A DNA stretch of 64,000 bases from Acidobacteriota bacterium (GTDB lineage Bacteria > Acidobacteriota > UBA890 > WLXD01), in assembly GCA_965248695.1 (NCBI GenBank), contig CBDFKD010000002.1:5664001-5728000 (forward strand), written 5' to 3'. The notes beneath the pieces were generated by a model. That model saw only the letters and a list, made by a program, of their open reading frames with translations, did not search any database and was not told the DNA's origin. Positions 10,397 through 20,910 of the stretch are shown piece by piece. The position numbers were made by a program, and so were the translations under genes. Position 1 is the first letter of the stretch. Every line of letters starts with the position of its first letter.

Positions 10397-11588
10397 TGCT
10401 ACCGCTGCCGGTATCGATCACCACCTTCGTCGTCGGCTCGTCGCCCACTCGGCCGATGACCAGGTCGCGCTCATCGCGCTCCACTACCAGCGCCGGCAGG
10501 TCTACGTCGATGCCGCCGCTACCCGTGCTCAGCCTGAGGCTCATCGCCGGATAGGCGCGCAGCTGCAGCTCGACACGACCGCTCGAGGTGTCGATCTCTA
10601 TGTTCCGGGCGCGCGACACGTCGCCTGCGAGCCGTACGCTGCCGCTGCCGGTGTCCACCAGGACGCGCTCACCGGAGACGATATCCGTGGCTCGAACGGA
10701 GCCCGATCCCGTATCGATCGAGATCGAGCCGCTCACGTGATCGAGGGTTACGCCGCCCGAGCCGGTATCCACATCGACGAATTCCGCTGTGACACCTGTC
10801 AGGCGGACGGCTCCAGAGCCAGTGTCGGCCACGACATCCCCCTGCACTTCGTTGATCTCGACGCGACCCGATCCGGTATCCGCCCCAACCTCGCCGCTAT
10901 GCCCGTCGACGGTAATGCTGCCGCTACCGGTATCCAGCATCACCTTCCCTTCGCCGTCGAGCCACGTGATGGCGCCCACATGCACCTCGAGGCGGACGTC
11001 GCCAACGACCGATACGGACTCCATCGCGCCGACGGCGTTGAGTACCTGCAGGCGAGTTCCGCGCGGCACCCGTATGTGAAAGTCAGCCCACACGGATGCC
11101 GACTGTCCACCGCGCCGGGTGGAGACGCGTACCCGGCGCCCCATGTACTCGAGTCGCGTGCTGCTGCTATCGAACATTCCGAGGAACGATCGCGACTCAC
11201 CGTCGCGGGGATAGTAGAACTCGGTGTACTCCTCTACCGGGTACGTGGCACGCAGGATCCGCGTATCACCGTCCTCTTCGAGGACAAGATCGACGCTCTC
11301 GGCGAGCGCGCTGGCCTCGTCCTGATCATGCCCACCCGCGTGCACCACCGCCTCGATCTCCACACTCGATGCGTCAGTGCCCTCTATCGAGAACCCTCCG
11401 GCCAGGTTCTCGATGCGCAACATGGTTCCGGGGGCGACCTCGACGCTGCGCTCGATCCGCCGCTCGGATTCGAAGGGAAGCGGCGGGGCCGACTCCGTGT
11501 TCACGACACAGGCGGACAGCGCCAGCACCGTAACCAAGGTCAGGACCAGTCGGCTCGAAGAGAGATCCTTGTGGAACGTGCCAGTCAT
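10371..11588 (-). CDS. DUF4097-like beta-strand repeat lipoprotein (putative adhesin)
   Basis: Lipobox LALSAC; many tandem (V/I)DTGSGx(V/I) repeats. Confidence 0.8.
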   Translation of the reverse strand: MTGTFHKDLSSSRLVLTLVTVLALSACVVNTESAPPLPFESERRIERSVEVAPGTMLRIENLAGGFSIEGTDASSVEIEAVVHAGGHDQDEASALAESVDLVLEEDGDTRILRATYPVEEYTEFYYPRDGESRSFLGMFDSSSTRLEYMGRRVRVSTRRGGQSASVWADFHIRVPRGTRLQVLNAVGAMESVSVVGDVRLEVHVGAITWLDGEGKVMLDTGSGSITVDGHSGEVGADTGSGRVEINEVQGDVVADTGSGAVRLTGVTAEFVDVDTGSGGVTLDHVSGSISIDTGSGSVRATDIVSGERVLVDTGSGSVRLAGDVSRARNIEIDTSSGRVELQLRAYPAMSLRLSTGSGGIDVDLPALVVERDERDLVIGRVGDEPTTKVVIDTGSGSIRIAESSP

Positions 11589-11733
11589 ACAACGCCTCCA
11601 GACGTACCGTTACGCGAATCAAACTCGCGGGTCCACTCCGCAGTCTCTGTGTAGAGATACGCAACCAACCAGCCGCGGTTTCGCGGCCGCCTGCCGGGAG
11701 CATGCGCAACGAAAGGCCGCGCGACAGGCATCG

Positions 11734-12675
11734 TCATCCATCGCCCAGCGCTGTGATCGCCTCCGGCAACGACACCATGGCCCCCGTACCCGACATCAGG
11801 CAAGCCGCGGACGCGGCTCTCACGGCCGCGCGGGCAGCCGAAACGGTGTCGGCGCCCGCCAGGCGCGCGATGACGAACGCCGCGCCGAAGGTATCCCCGG
11901 CCCCGGTCGGATCCACCGTTCGCACCTTCGGCGCCGCCACCGGCGTGGGCCGTTTGCCGCGGTCGAAAAGCACGGCCCCGGCGACCCCTCGAGTAACAAC
12001 AACCGTGCTCGGTCCCGACGACCGGGCCAAGGTCGCACGCGCAAATCGTTTCACGACCTTCCCAAGTGACTCGCTCGCCGGCGGTGACCCGGCAAGCACC
12101 GCCGCCTCCTGCTCGTTGCACTGCAGCGTGTCGGCCACGTCGATCCACCGGTGCCAGTCGGCAGGACGCTCGGGATAGCGCGTACCGTCGGCAGCACGAC
12201 CGAGCACCAGGCTGTGTACGTCGAGATGGACGGGGACTCCTGAGGCGGCGACCTTCGCCAGCGCGTCAGAGGTGAGAACAGCCCCGGTCACGCAGTTGAG
12301 CAGGATCGCATCCGTGCCCAGCGCTGCACCGATCTCCGATGCTCCCAGAGGAGGCGTCGGGCACAGCAGACGTTCCTCACGATCGCCACCGATGCGTCCG
12401 CCGTCTCGGTATTCGAGAATGACCTGGCTCGGCGGTCCACGCCACGGGACAAGCCCCGAAGTACGGATATTGCCGAACGACGACCATTCCTCGCGCAGGC
12501 GGGGCTGCAGCGCGGTCGCCACGCGGCACACAGGCACGACCTCCATGTCGGGCCCGGCAAGCGCAGCCGCCGTGTTGATGGCGTACGTTAGCCCACCGAG
12601 ACTACGTACCACCGTGCCCCCTGCCGGCACGATCCGATCGTCCACCACGACGCCGACAACGGCGATCCTCTTCAT
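11734..12675 (-). CDS. PfkB/ribokinase-family carbohydrate kinase
   Basis: N-terminal VVGVVVDD and SLGG; CNEQEA; VVVTRGVAGA; VDPTGAGDTFGAAF anion-hole motif. Confidence 0.88.
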   Translation of the reverse strand: MKRIAVVGVVVDDRIVPAGGTVVRSLGGLTYAINTAAALAGPDMEVVPVCRVATALQPRLREEWSSFGNIRTSGLVPWRGPPSQVILEYRDGGRIGGDREERLLCPTPPLGASEIGAALGTDAILLNCVTGAVLTSDALAKVAASGVPVHLDVHSLVLGRAADGTRYPERPADWHRWIDVADTLQCNEQEAAVLAGSPPASESLGKVVKRFARATLARSSGPSTVVVTRGVAGAVLFDRGKRPTPVAAPKVRTVDPTGAGDTFGAAFVIARLAGADTVSAARAAVRAASAACLMSGTGAMVSLPEAITALGDG

Positions 12676-12681
12676 TGAAGA

Positions 12682-14118
12682 TCAGGCGTCGGCGGGTGGC
12701 GATATCAGTGCCATCGAGGCGCCCGCGATCAATGTCACCGACGCCCCCAGCGGCGTCAGCCAGGTCCATGCCAAAGCGGTCTGCTGCTGGGCTAGAAAGG
12801 CAACACCGACCCCCGCCAGCAGAGCGATCGCCACGTGTGGGTCGCGCAGGCGCAACGTTGTTCCGGCGAGCAAGAATACGCCCAGAACCGCCCCGAACGT
12901 AATCGATGTGATCGTCAGACCAGCCTCCAGAACCGACCCCCAGGCGCGCGCCAACCCGGCGACAGCCGCCAGCGCCACCGCCGCCGCGGCTGTCGCCCAA
13001 CGCGAGGCGCGTAGCGCGCTGTACTCGGCGCGCTGGCGCGTGCCGAGCAATCCGAAATCGAGCGTCACGGCCGACGCCACCGAGCTCATCGAGGACGAGA
13101 GCGTCGACATCGCAGCGGCGAAGACCGCGGCGATCACCAGCCCGCCAATCCCCGGCGGCATCTGTTCCGCGATGAATCGCGGAAATACCTGGTCGCCGGA
13201 AACGAACGCTGGCGACGGCGGCTGCAGCTCGTAGAAGACGAACAGCAACGATCCGAGCACCAGGAAGAACGCCAGCTGCGCGAGCACCAGCACGCCGGAT
13301 GCCACCACTGCGCGCCGCGCCTGCCGCGCGTTGCCGCAAGCAAGCAGTCGCTGCACGAACATCTGGTCGGTGCCGTGGGTCGCCATCGTCAGGGCCGCAC
13401 CACCGATCAACCCGGCCCAGAACACGTAGGGAGTTGACCAGCTCCAGGCGAAGTCGAACACCTGTAGCTTGGCGAGCGGATCGAGCGCCGCGCGCGCGCC
13501 TCCCCAGCCACCGGGGATGCGCCAGAGCAGAAGAACGAATGCCAACGCTGCGCCGCTCAGGTACACGGTCAGCTGAACGGCATCGTTCCAGATCACTGCC
13601 CGCAACCCGCCGCGCAGCGTGTATACCAGCGTCACCACGGTGACGCCGGCAACGGCGAGCCACAGAGGCATCGGCAGCAGCGCCTGCAGCACCAGGGCAG
13701 TGGCGAACAGCCTGACACCATCCGCCAGACAGCGCGACACCAGAAACACGACGGAGGCGGCGCGCTGTGCGACGGTGCCGAAACGCTCTCCGAGGAGCTC
13801 GTAGGCGGTCTCGATGCGGCCAGCGAAGTAGCCCGGAACCAGTAGCCACGCGACCAGCACGCGCCCGACCACGTATCCCATCGCGACCTGCAGGAAGGTC
13901 AGGTCACCACCATAGGCGATCGCCGGAACGCCGACGAACGTCAGCGTCGAGGTTTCCGTGCCGACGATGGACAGGCAGGCGCTCCACCAGGGCATGGCGC
14001 GGCCGGCGAGAAAATAGTCCTCTACCGTCTCCTGACCGCGACCAACGCGCTCGCCGAGCCAGAGGGTGAGCGCGAAATAGGCGATGACAACAAGCCAGTT
14101 GATGGCCAGCGGCGTCAT
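12682..14118 (-). CDS. Sodium:solute symporter (SSS/SLC5), SiaT-like
   Basis: DYFLAGRAMPWW, TETSTLTFVGVP, GGLRAVIWND, GTDQMFVQRLL, AAAMSTLSS; about 13 hydrophobic segments. Confidence 0.92.
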   Translation of the reverse strand: MTPLAINWLVVIAYFALTLWLGERVGRGQETVEDYFLAGRAMPWWSACLSIVGTETSTLTFVGVPAIAYGGDLTFLQVAMGYVVGRVLVAWLLVPGYFAGRIETAYELLGERFGTVAQRAASVVFLVSRCLADGVRLFATALVLQALLPMPLWLAVAGVTVVTLVYTLRGGLRAVIWNDAVQLTVYLSGAALAFVLLLWRIPGGWGGARAALDPLAKLQVFDFAWSWSTPYVFWAGLIGGAALTMATHGTDQMFVQRLLACGNARQARRAVVASGVLVLAQLAFFLVLGSLLFVFYELQPPSPAFVSGDQVFPRFIAEQMPPGIGGLVIAAVFAAAMSTLSSSMSSVASAVTLDFGLLGTRQRAEYSALRASRWATAAAAVALAAVAGLARAWGSVLEAGLTITSITFGAVLGVFLLAGTTLRLRDPHVAIALLAGVGVAFLAQQQTALAWTWLTPLGASVTLIAGASMALISPPADA

Positions 14119-17100
14119 GGAAGGCGGTCAATCGCCCTTACGACCTCACGGTGAAACTCGACCCGGGCGTCGATATGCCGCTGGTTCTCACGCGTCGGGT
14201 GGACCCGGTTGGTCAGCAGGACCACGAACAACGCGCGCGTCGGGTCAATCCACACGGAAGTACCGGTGAAGCCAGTGTGGCCGTAGGCCGTCGCGTCGAA
14301 CATGGACCAGCGTTGGCTGCCCCGCGCGGTGTCCCATCCGAGGCCGCGACTGCTCCCGGCAACGATGTCCTGAGGACGCCGCCAACGATCGATCGTCGAA
14401 CGGCGGAGCACGCGTTGGTGGTCGTAGCTGCCGAGATTCAGCATCGCCTGGGCATATACGGCCAGGTCGCTAGCGGTGGAGAAGAGCCCGGCGTGAGCCG
14501 ATACGCCCCCCATCGCGTACGCGTTCTCATCATGAACAGTGCCGTGCACCATGGTTCCGCGCCAGGCGTCGTACTCTGTCGGAGGAATCCTCTCGAGCTC
14601 GGAGGCGGGCGGATTCCACATCGTGTCGTGCATCCCGAGCGGCTCGTAGATCTCACGCGTAGCAAACTCGTCGAAGGGCTCACCAAGCGCCCGACTGAGC
14701 GCTTCCCCGAGAAGAACGATCCCGAGATCGGAATACGCGTACCGACTGCCCGGCGGCGCCTCGAGCTCGGCCGTGAAGATCCTCTCGAGTACGGCAGCCC
14801 GAACCTCAGTGCCGGCGTCCTCGGGAGCGTGCTCGCGGAAAAACTCTACGTACGCTGGCAACCCGGACGTGTGGGTCAACAGATGCCGGATGGTGACGCT
14901 GGATTTACCCGTCCCCTGGAACTCGGGCACCAGGGCCTCCACGGGATAGTCGAGACGCAGGTTGCCGCGCTCGACGGCACGCATCGCCACCGGTGTCGTC
15001 GCCAGGACCTTGGTAAGCGAGGCGAGGTCGAACAGCGCGTCGACGGGCATCGGCAAGGCGTCTTCGTCATAGCTCATCTTGCCGACTGCGCCCAATCCGA
15101 CAAGGCGCCGCCGATGCCCGACCGCAAACACAGCACCCGGGAACGCGCCGGCTTCTACCGACCGCTGCAAGGCCGCGGCAGCGGCGGTCAAGTCCATGTC
15201 GCTGCCGTCCACAGATTCGGCGGCGGGCGCCCCGTAGGTCACATCGGCCGGAGGGGCGAGCCTGGCAACAAGGGCGACCCGCTGCTCCCCGTGTCCCACC
15301 GGGTAGAGCCCGGGCACTGAAACCGGCAACCGCCCAGTGATCGCGATCTCACCGGTGACGGCGCGGGCCACGGCCCGCTGCAGGGTGTCGCTCCAACCGT
15401 AAGAGGTCAGAATCGTCGACGCCTGCGGAAACGCCGCGGCGGCGTACGGGCTTCCGAGCGCCGCCACGATCGTCGGCACGTCGAGGTCGGCCAGCATGGC
15501 AGCATATTGGGCTTGGCGGCGCGGCAACGCGATACGCCCAGTGCTCGACCGAATGCGCACGCGAACCGCGAGGATCAGCACCTTCGCCTTAGAGGCAGCG
15601 GTAACGATCGCGGCAGCTTCATCGCCACGTGTCCGACCGTCGATCGACCGCGATGTAACGCTCGCCAGCGGTCCACGCAAGGCACTCACGAGCGCTGCTG
15701 TGGGCGCCGGTTGGTCGTTGTCCGATACTCCGACCACGACAACGCTGTTCCAATCTCGGGCATCCAGCGGCAGCAGGCCGTTGCGGTCGCGCAGCAAAGT
15801 AACGGCGTGGTCCGAGGCGTCCTGCGAGCGCGCCAGATCCGAGGCCGGAGCGAAGTTCTGCACCAGCGCCGCGAACGGTGACGCGACCTCGCCACGGCGA
15901 AGTCCCAGTCGCGCCTTCGCACGCAGTACGGCACGGACCGCGCCGTCGAGACGCTCGGCGCTGAGGTCGCCACGCTCGACTGCGCGAACGATCGCGGCGT
16001 GAACCGCCCGCGGGTTTGGCGACAGGATCACGACGTCGGCGCCGGCGACGAGCGACTCCACGGCCGCTTGACCGCTCCACCAGCGCCGCGAGATACCGCC
16101 CATCTCCATCGCGTCGGTAACCACCAGGCCGCGGAAGTCGAGCTGCATACGGAGCAGGTCCGTGAGCACCGCGTACGACAGCGTCGCCGGCAGCCGACTA
16201 TCGGCCGTCAACGCCGGCACCGCGATGTGGGCGGTCATGATGCTCGCTACCCCGGCGTCGATCGCAGCGCGGAACGGCGCCAGCTCTACCGCCTGCAACC
16301 GGCGGTTGTCATGGTCCAGCACCGGCAACGCGATGTGCGAGTCAACGGCAGTATCGCCATGCCCCGGGAAGTGCTTCGCTGTCGCCAGGACACCGCCCTG
16401 CTGGGCCCCGCGGACGAACGCCGCCACCATCTGGCCGACGTGATCCGGATCCTCGCCGAAGGCGCGTACGTTGATCACCGGATTCCGCGGGTTGACGTTG
16501 ACGTCGGCGACCGGCGCAAAGATCCAATGCACCCCGAGAGCGCGCGCGTCGCGGGCGCTGGCACGGCCCATCCACTCGGCCGCCGCCGGGTCGTACGTAG
16601 CCCCGACCGCCATCGCCGTCGGGAATGGCACCGCGCCGTCGATACGGAAATCCGCGCCCCACTCGAAGTCGGCCGCCATCACGAGCGGCAGATGGCCCGC
16701 GTCAGCGGCCGCGGTCTGTAGATCGTTGAGCAGCGCCGCTGCCTCGTAGACCTGCGACCGGAATAGGATCACGCCGCCCAGCCCGAGCTTCTGCACGAGC
16801 GACACCAACTCGCGTCTGGCGTCGGCGTCGGCCGGGTAGTACTCGCCGAAAGCCCGCACCATGAGCACCTGACCGGCGCGCTGCTCGACGCTCATACCCG
16901 CCAGGGTGGATTCGATCTCGGCCTCGACCTCGACCGGCAGGGGCTCTCGAGGATCGATTGGACGGGGCTCTGACGGCTGCTGGAGCGGCGCAGTCTCGGC
17001 CACTAGCGGGCCGGCGGGGGCCGTCCCGCCGGCGCTTCCGAGGAAGATCAGCAGAAAGGCAAGGCTGCCTGCTAGGCCGTGCACGAGTGAGCTAAGATGC

Positions 17101-17120
17101 GCATCCTGGAGCCGAATCAT
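14115..17120 (-). CDS. nagZ: GH3 beta-N-acetylglucosaminidase (NagZ) fused to a C-terminal beta-lactamase-like serine hydrolase (AmiE-like)
   Basis: NagZ signature KHFPGHGDTAVDSH and VTDAMEM; C-terminal domain with SLTK (SxxK), LLTHTSG, YSD and GHTGFTG; start approximate. Confidence 0.88.
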   Translation of the reverse strand: MIRLQDAHLSSLVHGLAGSLAFLLIFLGSAGGTAPAGPLVAETAPLQQPSEPRPIDPREPLPVEVEAEIESTLAGMSVEQRAGQVLMVRAFGEYYPADADARRELVSLVQKLGLGGVILFRSQVYEAAALLNDLQTAAADAGHLPLVMAADFEWGADFRIDGAVPFPTAMAVGATYDPAAAEWMGRASARDARALGVHWIFAPVADVNVNPRNPVINVRAFGEDPDHVGQMVAAFVRGAQQGGVLATAKHFPGHGDTAVDSHIALPVLDHDNRRLQAVELAPFRAAIDAGVASIMTAHIAVPALTADSRLPATLSYAVLTDLLRMQLDFRGLVVTDAMEMGGISRRWWSGQAAVESLVAGADVVILSPNPRAVHAAIVRAVERGDLSAERLDGAVRAVLRAKARLGLRRGEVASPFAALVQNFAPASDLARSQDASDHAVTLLRDRNGLLPLDARDWNSVVVVGVSDNDQPAPTAALVSALRGPLASVTSRSIDGRTRGDEAAAIVTAASKAKVLILAVRVRIRSSTGRIALPRRQAQYAAMLADLDVPTIVAALGSPYAAAAFPQASTILTSYGWSDTLQRAVARAVTGEIAITGRLPVSVPGLYPVGHGEQRVALVARLAPPADVTYGAPAAESVDGSDMDLTAAAAALQRSVEAGAFPGAVFAVGHRRRLVGLGAVGKMSYDEDALPMPVDALFDLASLTKVLATTPVAMRAVERGNLRLDYPVEALVPEFQGTGKSSVTIRHLLTHTSGLPAYVEFFREHAPEDAGTEVRAAVLERIFTAELEAPPGSRYAYSDLGIVLLGEALSRALGEPFDEFATREIYEPLGMHDTMWNPPASELERIPPTEYDAWRGTMVHGTVHDENAYAMGGVSAHAGLFSTASDLAVYAQAMLNLGSYDHQRVLRRSTIDRWRRPQDIVAGSSRGLGWDTARGSQRWSMFDATAYGHTGFTGTSVWIDPTRALFVVLLTNRVHPTRENQRHIDARVEFHREVVRAIDRLP

Positions 17121-17151
17121 GGATTCCTGCGATATGGCGGGCAACGGTGAC

Positions 17152-18420
17152 ATGAGTGTATGGCCCCCCAACGGCCGCGACAATGCCCGCCTTGACCCGA
17201 CGAGCCCGGTGTTGCTCTTCCTGGCGCTGGTGGCTCTGGTTTCGAGCGGCCCGACTTCCTGGGCTCGCGTCCCGGAGCCGCTACCCGCCGCGCCGGTACG
17301 GCCCGGAGTCGATGTCTGGCGGAACATGGGCTTCCGGCCGCTGGCCGGAAAGCGGGTCGGACTGGTTACCAACGATACCGGCCGCACCAGCGCGGGGATG
17401 CTCACCGCCGCAGTGCTGGCCGACTCCCCGGCGGTCGAGCTGGCCGCGATATTCAGTCCGGAGCACGGGTTTGCAGCCAGACTCGAAGGGGACGTCGGCG
17501 ACTCCGTGGAGCCGACCACCGGACTGCCCGTCCACAGTCTCTACGGCGATACACGCCGTCCGACGACCGCGATGCTGGACGGGCTGGAGGGATTGGTCTT
17601 CGATATCCAGGATATCGGCACGCGCTTCTACACCTATGCGACGACGCTCGCATTCTGCATGGAGGAAGCCGCGCGCCACGGCCTACCGATCGTCGTTCTG
17701 GATCGACCCAACCCCATCGGCGGCAAGGTCGTCAGCGGACCGGTGCTGGACGAGGCGCTGCTGGCGTTCGTCGGCTACGCTCCGGTACCCACCCGGCACG
17801 GGATGACGATCGGCGAGCTGGCACGCTATTTCAACAACGAACGAGGCATCGACGCTGACCTGACAGTGATCCCTGCAGAGGGCTGGCAGCGGGACATGTG
17901 GTACGACGAAACAGGATTGCTGTGGCGCAATCCATCACCGAACATTCGCAACCTCACCCAGGCATTGCTGTATCCGGCTCTGGGGCCGCTCGAATGGACG
18001 AACATCTCGGTCGGTCGTGGCACCGACACGCCGTTCCAGTGGTTCGGCGCCCCGTGGATTGACGCCCTCGGCCTCGCCGCGGCGCTCAACGCCGCTGCCC
18101 TTCCCGGGCTGCGATTCGTACCCCGCCATCTGACGCCGGCGACATCGATATACGCTGGCGAGGAGTGCGCTGGCGTCGATCTGATCGTTGTCGATCGCGA
18201 GCTCATCGACGCCGGTCTGATCGCAACCACGCTCGCCATTACCCTCGAGCAGCTCTACGCCGGCCGCTGGGAACGCCAGCGCCTACCCTCCTTGTGGGGC
18301 GATCCCGAGATAAGCGAACAACTGCGTTCCGGGATGGGTGCGGGCGCGATTGTCGACTCGTGGTCGTCTGCGATGCAGGAGTTCCGCCGAATCCGGGGCC
18401 GGTACCTGCTCTACGACTGA
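17152..18420 (+). CDS. namZ: Exo-beta-N-acetylmuramidase NamZ (DUF1343)
   Basis: GLVTNDTG, FSPEHG, SLYG..RRPT, FDIQDIGTRFYTY, VLDRPNP, RHGMTIGELA, PSPNI, SVGRGT; start uncertain. Confidence 0.9.
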   Translation: MSVWPPNGRDNARLDPTSPVLLFLALVALVSSGPTSWARVPEPLPAAPVRPGVDVWRNMGFRPLAGKRVGLVTNDTGRTSAGMLTAAVLADSPAVELAAIFSPEHGFAARLEGDVGDSVEPTTGLPVHSLYGDTRRPTTAMLDGLEGLVFDIQDIGTRFYTYATTLAFCMEEAARHGLPIVVLDRPNPIGGKVVSGPVLDEALLAFVGYAPVPTRHGMTIGELARYFNNERGIDADLTVIPAEGWQRDMWYDETGLLWRNPSPNIRNLTQALLYPALGPLEWTNISVGRGTDTPFQWFGAPWIDALGLAAALNAAALPGLRFVPRHLTPATSIYAGEECAGVDLIVVDRELIDAGLIATTLAITLEQLYAGRWERQRLPSLWGDPEISEQLRSGMGAGAIVDSWSSAMQEFRRIRGRYLLYD

Positions 18421-18854
18421 GCCTCGGGGCTCGATACCGCGGCGACGCCGTCGGGATGCGACGCCCAGATCGTCCAAACGCCGTGAGCCACGGCCACCAC
18501 CCGATCCCGAGCGTCGACCACCTGGCCCTCGGCGAACGCTACCCGGCGTCCACGTCTCGCCACTCGCCCGCGAGCGTTAAACGGCCCGTGGCGGGCGGGG
18601 TCGCGAAACTGCACCGATAGCTCGAGCGTGCCGCACCACTCAGACTCACTGAGCGTCGAGACCACCGCCGCACCCAACGCGGTGTCGAGCAAGCCGCACA
18701 TGACACCGCCGTGTGCCACGCCGCGCCGATTGCAGTGAGCTGGCACCAGCTCCAGCAGTACCTCCGACTCGCCTTCACTGGCACTTCTCACGTCGAGGCC
18801 GAGAAGAGAATCGAAGGGCGTCGGCTTGCGCACCATTGGTTCGTCCGTAGTCAT
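18411..18854 (-). CDS. PaaI-family hotdog-fold thioesterase
   Basis: HCNRRGVAHGGVMCGLLDTALG; GRVARRGRRVAFAEG. Confidence 0.88.
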   Translation of the reverse strand: MTTDEPMVRKPTPFDSLLGLDVRSASEGESEVLLELVPAHCNRRGVAHGGVMCGLLDTALGAAVVSTLSESEWCGTLELSVQFRDPARHGPFNARGRVARRGRRVAFAEGQVVDARDRVVAVAHGVWTIWASHPDGVAAVSSPEAQS

Positions 18855-18929
18855 CAGTTTTCCGGCTCCGTGGAAGCGTTGGGCGGCGAAAAAGCCCTCG
18901 GGAGACCCTACCCCGCCATGCTAGGATGA

Positions 18930-19871
18930 GTGTTCCTGCGCGCACCGTCCGTCGCGCCGACGGCCATCGCAAACGCCATCTGGAGCCGTTCCGTGCCCTG
19001 GCCTCCTCCACTGTCCGCGCGCTGGACCGCGATGGCGCTCTTCCTGTTCGCGCTCGCCCTCCACCTGTTCCTGGCGATGGGCGGCACTCTCGCCGGCATC
19101 GATTTCAAGCTCCTGATCGTAATCGACGAGATCGGCGCCATCCTGGCCGCGCCCGTGCTGTTTGCGCTGCTGCTCGGTATCAAGTTCCGGGACGCGTTTC
19201 TGCTCAAATCGACCCACTGGATTCACTACGTGGTGGCCGGAGCTACGGCGATTCCGTTGCAGATGTTCGGCGGTGCGATGCAAGAGATCGTGCTGGACGC
19301 GATCCCCGGTGGCGATGACTGGCGTGAGCTGCTCGAGCGCGCTCTGGAGCCACTGTTGCACACCGAGTCGATGGGCGACCTGGCGCTTCTGCTGTTCGGC
19401 GGCGTGGTGCTGGCCGGAGTGTGCGAGGAGTTTCTCTTCCGCGGCCTGATGTTGCAGCTGCTGGCCCGCGGCCGCGGGTGGGGTGTACCGATCTTCATCA
19501 CCGGGCTGCTGTTCGCGCTCTTCCACCTGGATTTCATCGGACTGCTGCCGCGCACCCTGTTGGGCGTGTACTTCGGCATCCTGGTATGGCGCTCGGGGTC
19601 GATATTCCCCGCCATCGTGGCGCACGCGGCCAATAACTTGCTGGCGTTCGCCGCCATTCCGCTACTGGAGAACGTCGACAGCCCGCCGCCGGATTTCGGC
19701 GAGGCGGGCCTGTTGGCGTTGCTGTCCGGGGCGGCGTTCCTGACGATATTGATCGCCTACGTGCGCCTGACGCCCGGCCAGACGCCCGCCACCTCGGCCG
19801 CGGCGGCGGTCGCGGCCCCCGAGGTGATCTCTGTGAGCCCGCCGTCCGACACTCCGCCGGAAGCATCTTGA
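18930..19871 (+). CDS. CPBP (Abi/CAAX) intramembrane metalloprotease
   Basis: EEFLFRG, LFALFH and AIVAHAANN motifs; multiple TM segments; start uncertain. Confidence 0.88.
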   Translation: MFLRAPSVAPTAIANAIWSRSVPWPPPLSARWTAMALFLFALALHLFLAMGGTLAGIDFKLLIVIDEIGAILAAPVLFALLLGIKFRDAFLLKSTHWIHYVVAGATAIPLQMFGGAMQEIVLDAIPGGDDWRELLERALEPLLHTESMGDLALLLFGGVVLAGVCEEFLFRGLMLQLLARGRGWGVPIFITGLLFALFHLDFIGLLPRTLLGVYFGILVWRSGSIFPAIVAHAANNLLAFAAIPLLENVDSPPPDFGEAGLLALLSGAAFLTILIAYVRLTPGQTPATSAAAAVAAPEVISVSPPSDTPPEAS

Positions 19872-19875
19872 GCCG

Positions 19876-20868
19876 CTAGCGCAGCAGCCGCGACCACGGA
19901 CAGCGATCCATGCCCGGGCAGTACTCACCGCACGGATCGGCGTGGATGGTCACGTCGGTACGTGGGATCGCCAGCTCGAGCTCTTGTTCCACGTGATCGA
20001 CGATGTGGTGCGAGGTCTCGAAGCTGATCGCCTTGCACAACACCAGGTGCAGGCTGACGATCTTCTGGCTGCCGGCGCGCCGCGTTCGCAGGCCGTGGAA
20101 CGCCAGCACCTCACCACGATGCTCGTCAAGGACGCGCACAATCTCCTGCTGCACGTCCTCGGGCAATTCGCGATCCAGCAGGTCCTGCGCCGTGTCGATG
20201 GTGAGCGCCCGCACTTGCCAGAGAACGAAGACGGCGATCAGGATCGATACAAAGGGGTCGAAGTACACGACGCCGGTCGAGGCCTGCAAGACGAGGGCGA
20301 GGATCACCCCCGCGTGGCTGGTGAAGTCCATCGAGTAGTGCAGTTGCTCCGTGGCGATGATCGGCGACTCGCTGTCGGCGCCCCGGATGCGGATCATGCG
20401 CGACAGCCCGAGAGCAACCGCTGCCGAAACCAGCATGACGCCCACGCCCCACGCCGTATCCACGACTGGCTCCGGGGAGCGCAGGCGTGCGACGGCCTGA
20501 ACGGCGACGAACACCGCTACAGCGGCCAGCACCAACGCCTGGATCCCGCCGACCAGGCTCTCGACCTTCCCGTGCCCGTACGGGTGCTCCGTATCCGGTG
20601 GCTTCTCTGCTTCCCGGGCGGAGAACCAGTTGAGCGCCGACAGCGCCGCGTCGAGCATCGAATCGAGCCCGGAAGCGAGAATCGCCAGGCTGTTGGTCCA
20701 CCACGCCGCACCGAGCTTGAGCAGCACGAGAAAGATCGCCGCCGTCACCGACAGCCGGAAGATCGAGGTCTTGACGGCAAGCTCGCGGGCGCGGTGTGTC
20801 TCCATCACCCGGAGCGCTCGATCGTGCTCTGGAGCCCGGAACCGATCGCGGCTGTCAGAATCCGGCAT
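19876..20868 (-). CDS. fieF: Cation diffusion facilitator (FieF-like)
   Basis: SLAILASGLDSMLD, KPPDTEHPYGHGKVES, HYSMD, HGLRTRRAG, DVTIHADP. Confidence 0.88.
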   Translation of the reverse strand: MPDSDSRDRFRAPEHDRALRVMETHRARELAVKTSIFRLSVTAAIFLVLLKLGAAWWTNSLAILASGLDSMLDAALSALNWFSAREAEKPPDTEHPYGHGKVESLVGGIQALVLAAVAVFVAVQAVARLRSPEPVVDTAWGVGVMLVSAAVALGLSRMIRIRGADSESPIIATEQLHYSMDFTSHAGVILALVLQASTGVVYFDPFVSILIAVFVLWQVRALTIDTAQDLLDRELPEDVQQEIVRVLDEHRGEVLAFHGLRTRRAGSQKIVSLHLVLCKAISFETSHHIVDHVEQELELAIPRTDVTIHADPCGEYCPGMDRCPWSRLLR

Positions 20869-20910
20869 AGGCTCCATCCCGGCCGCCGCGACGACCTTCC
20901 AGATCACACA

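Noticed and set aside
10600-10940. Repeated DTGSG-coding units as a DNA repeat array or DGR target
   Set aside because: These are protein-level beta-repeats with synonymous divergence; no reverse transcriptase or TR/VR pair is present.
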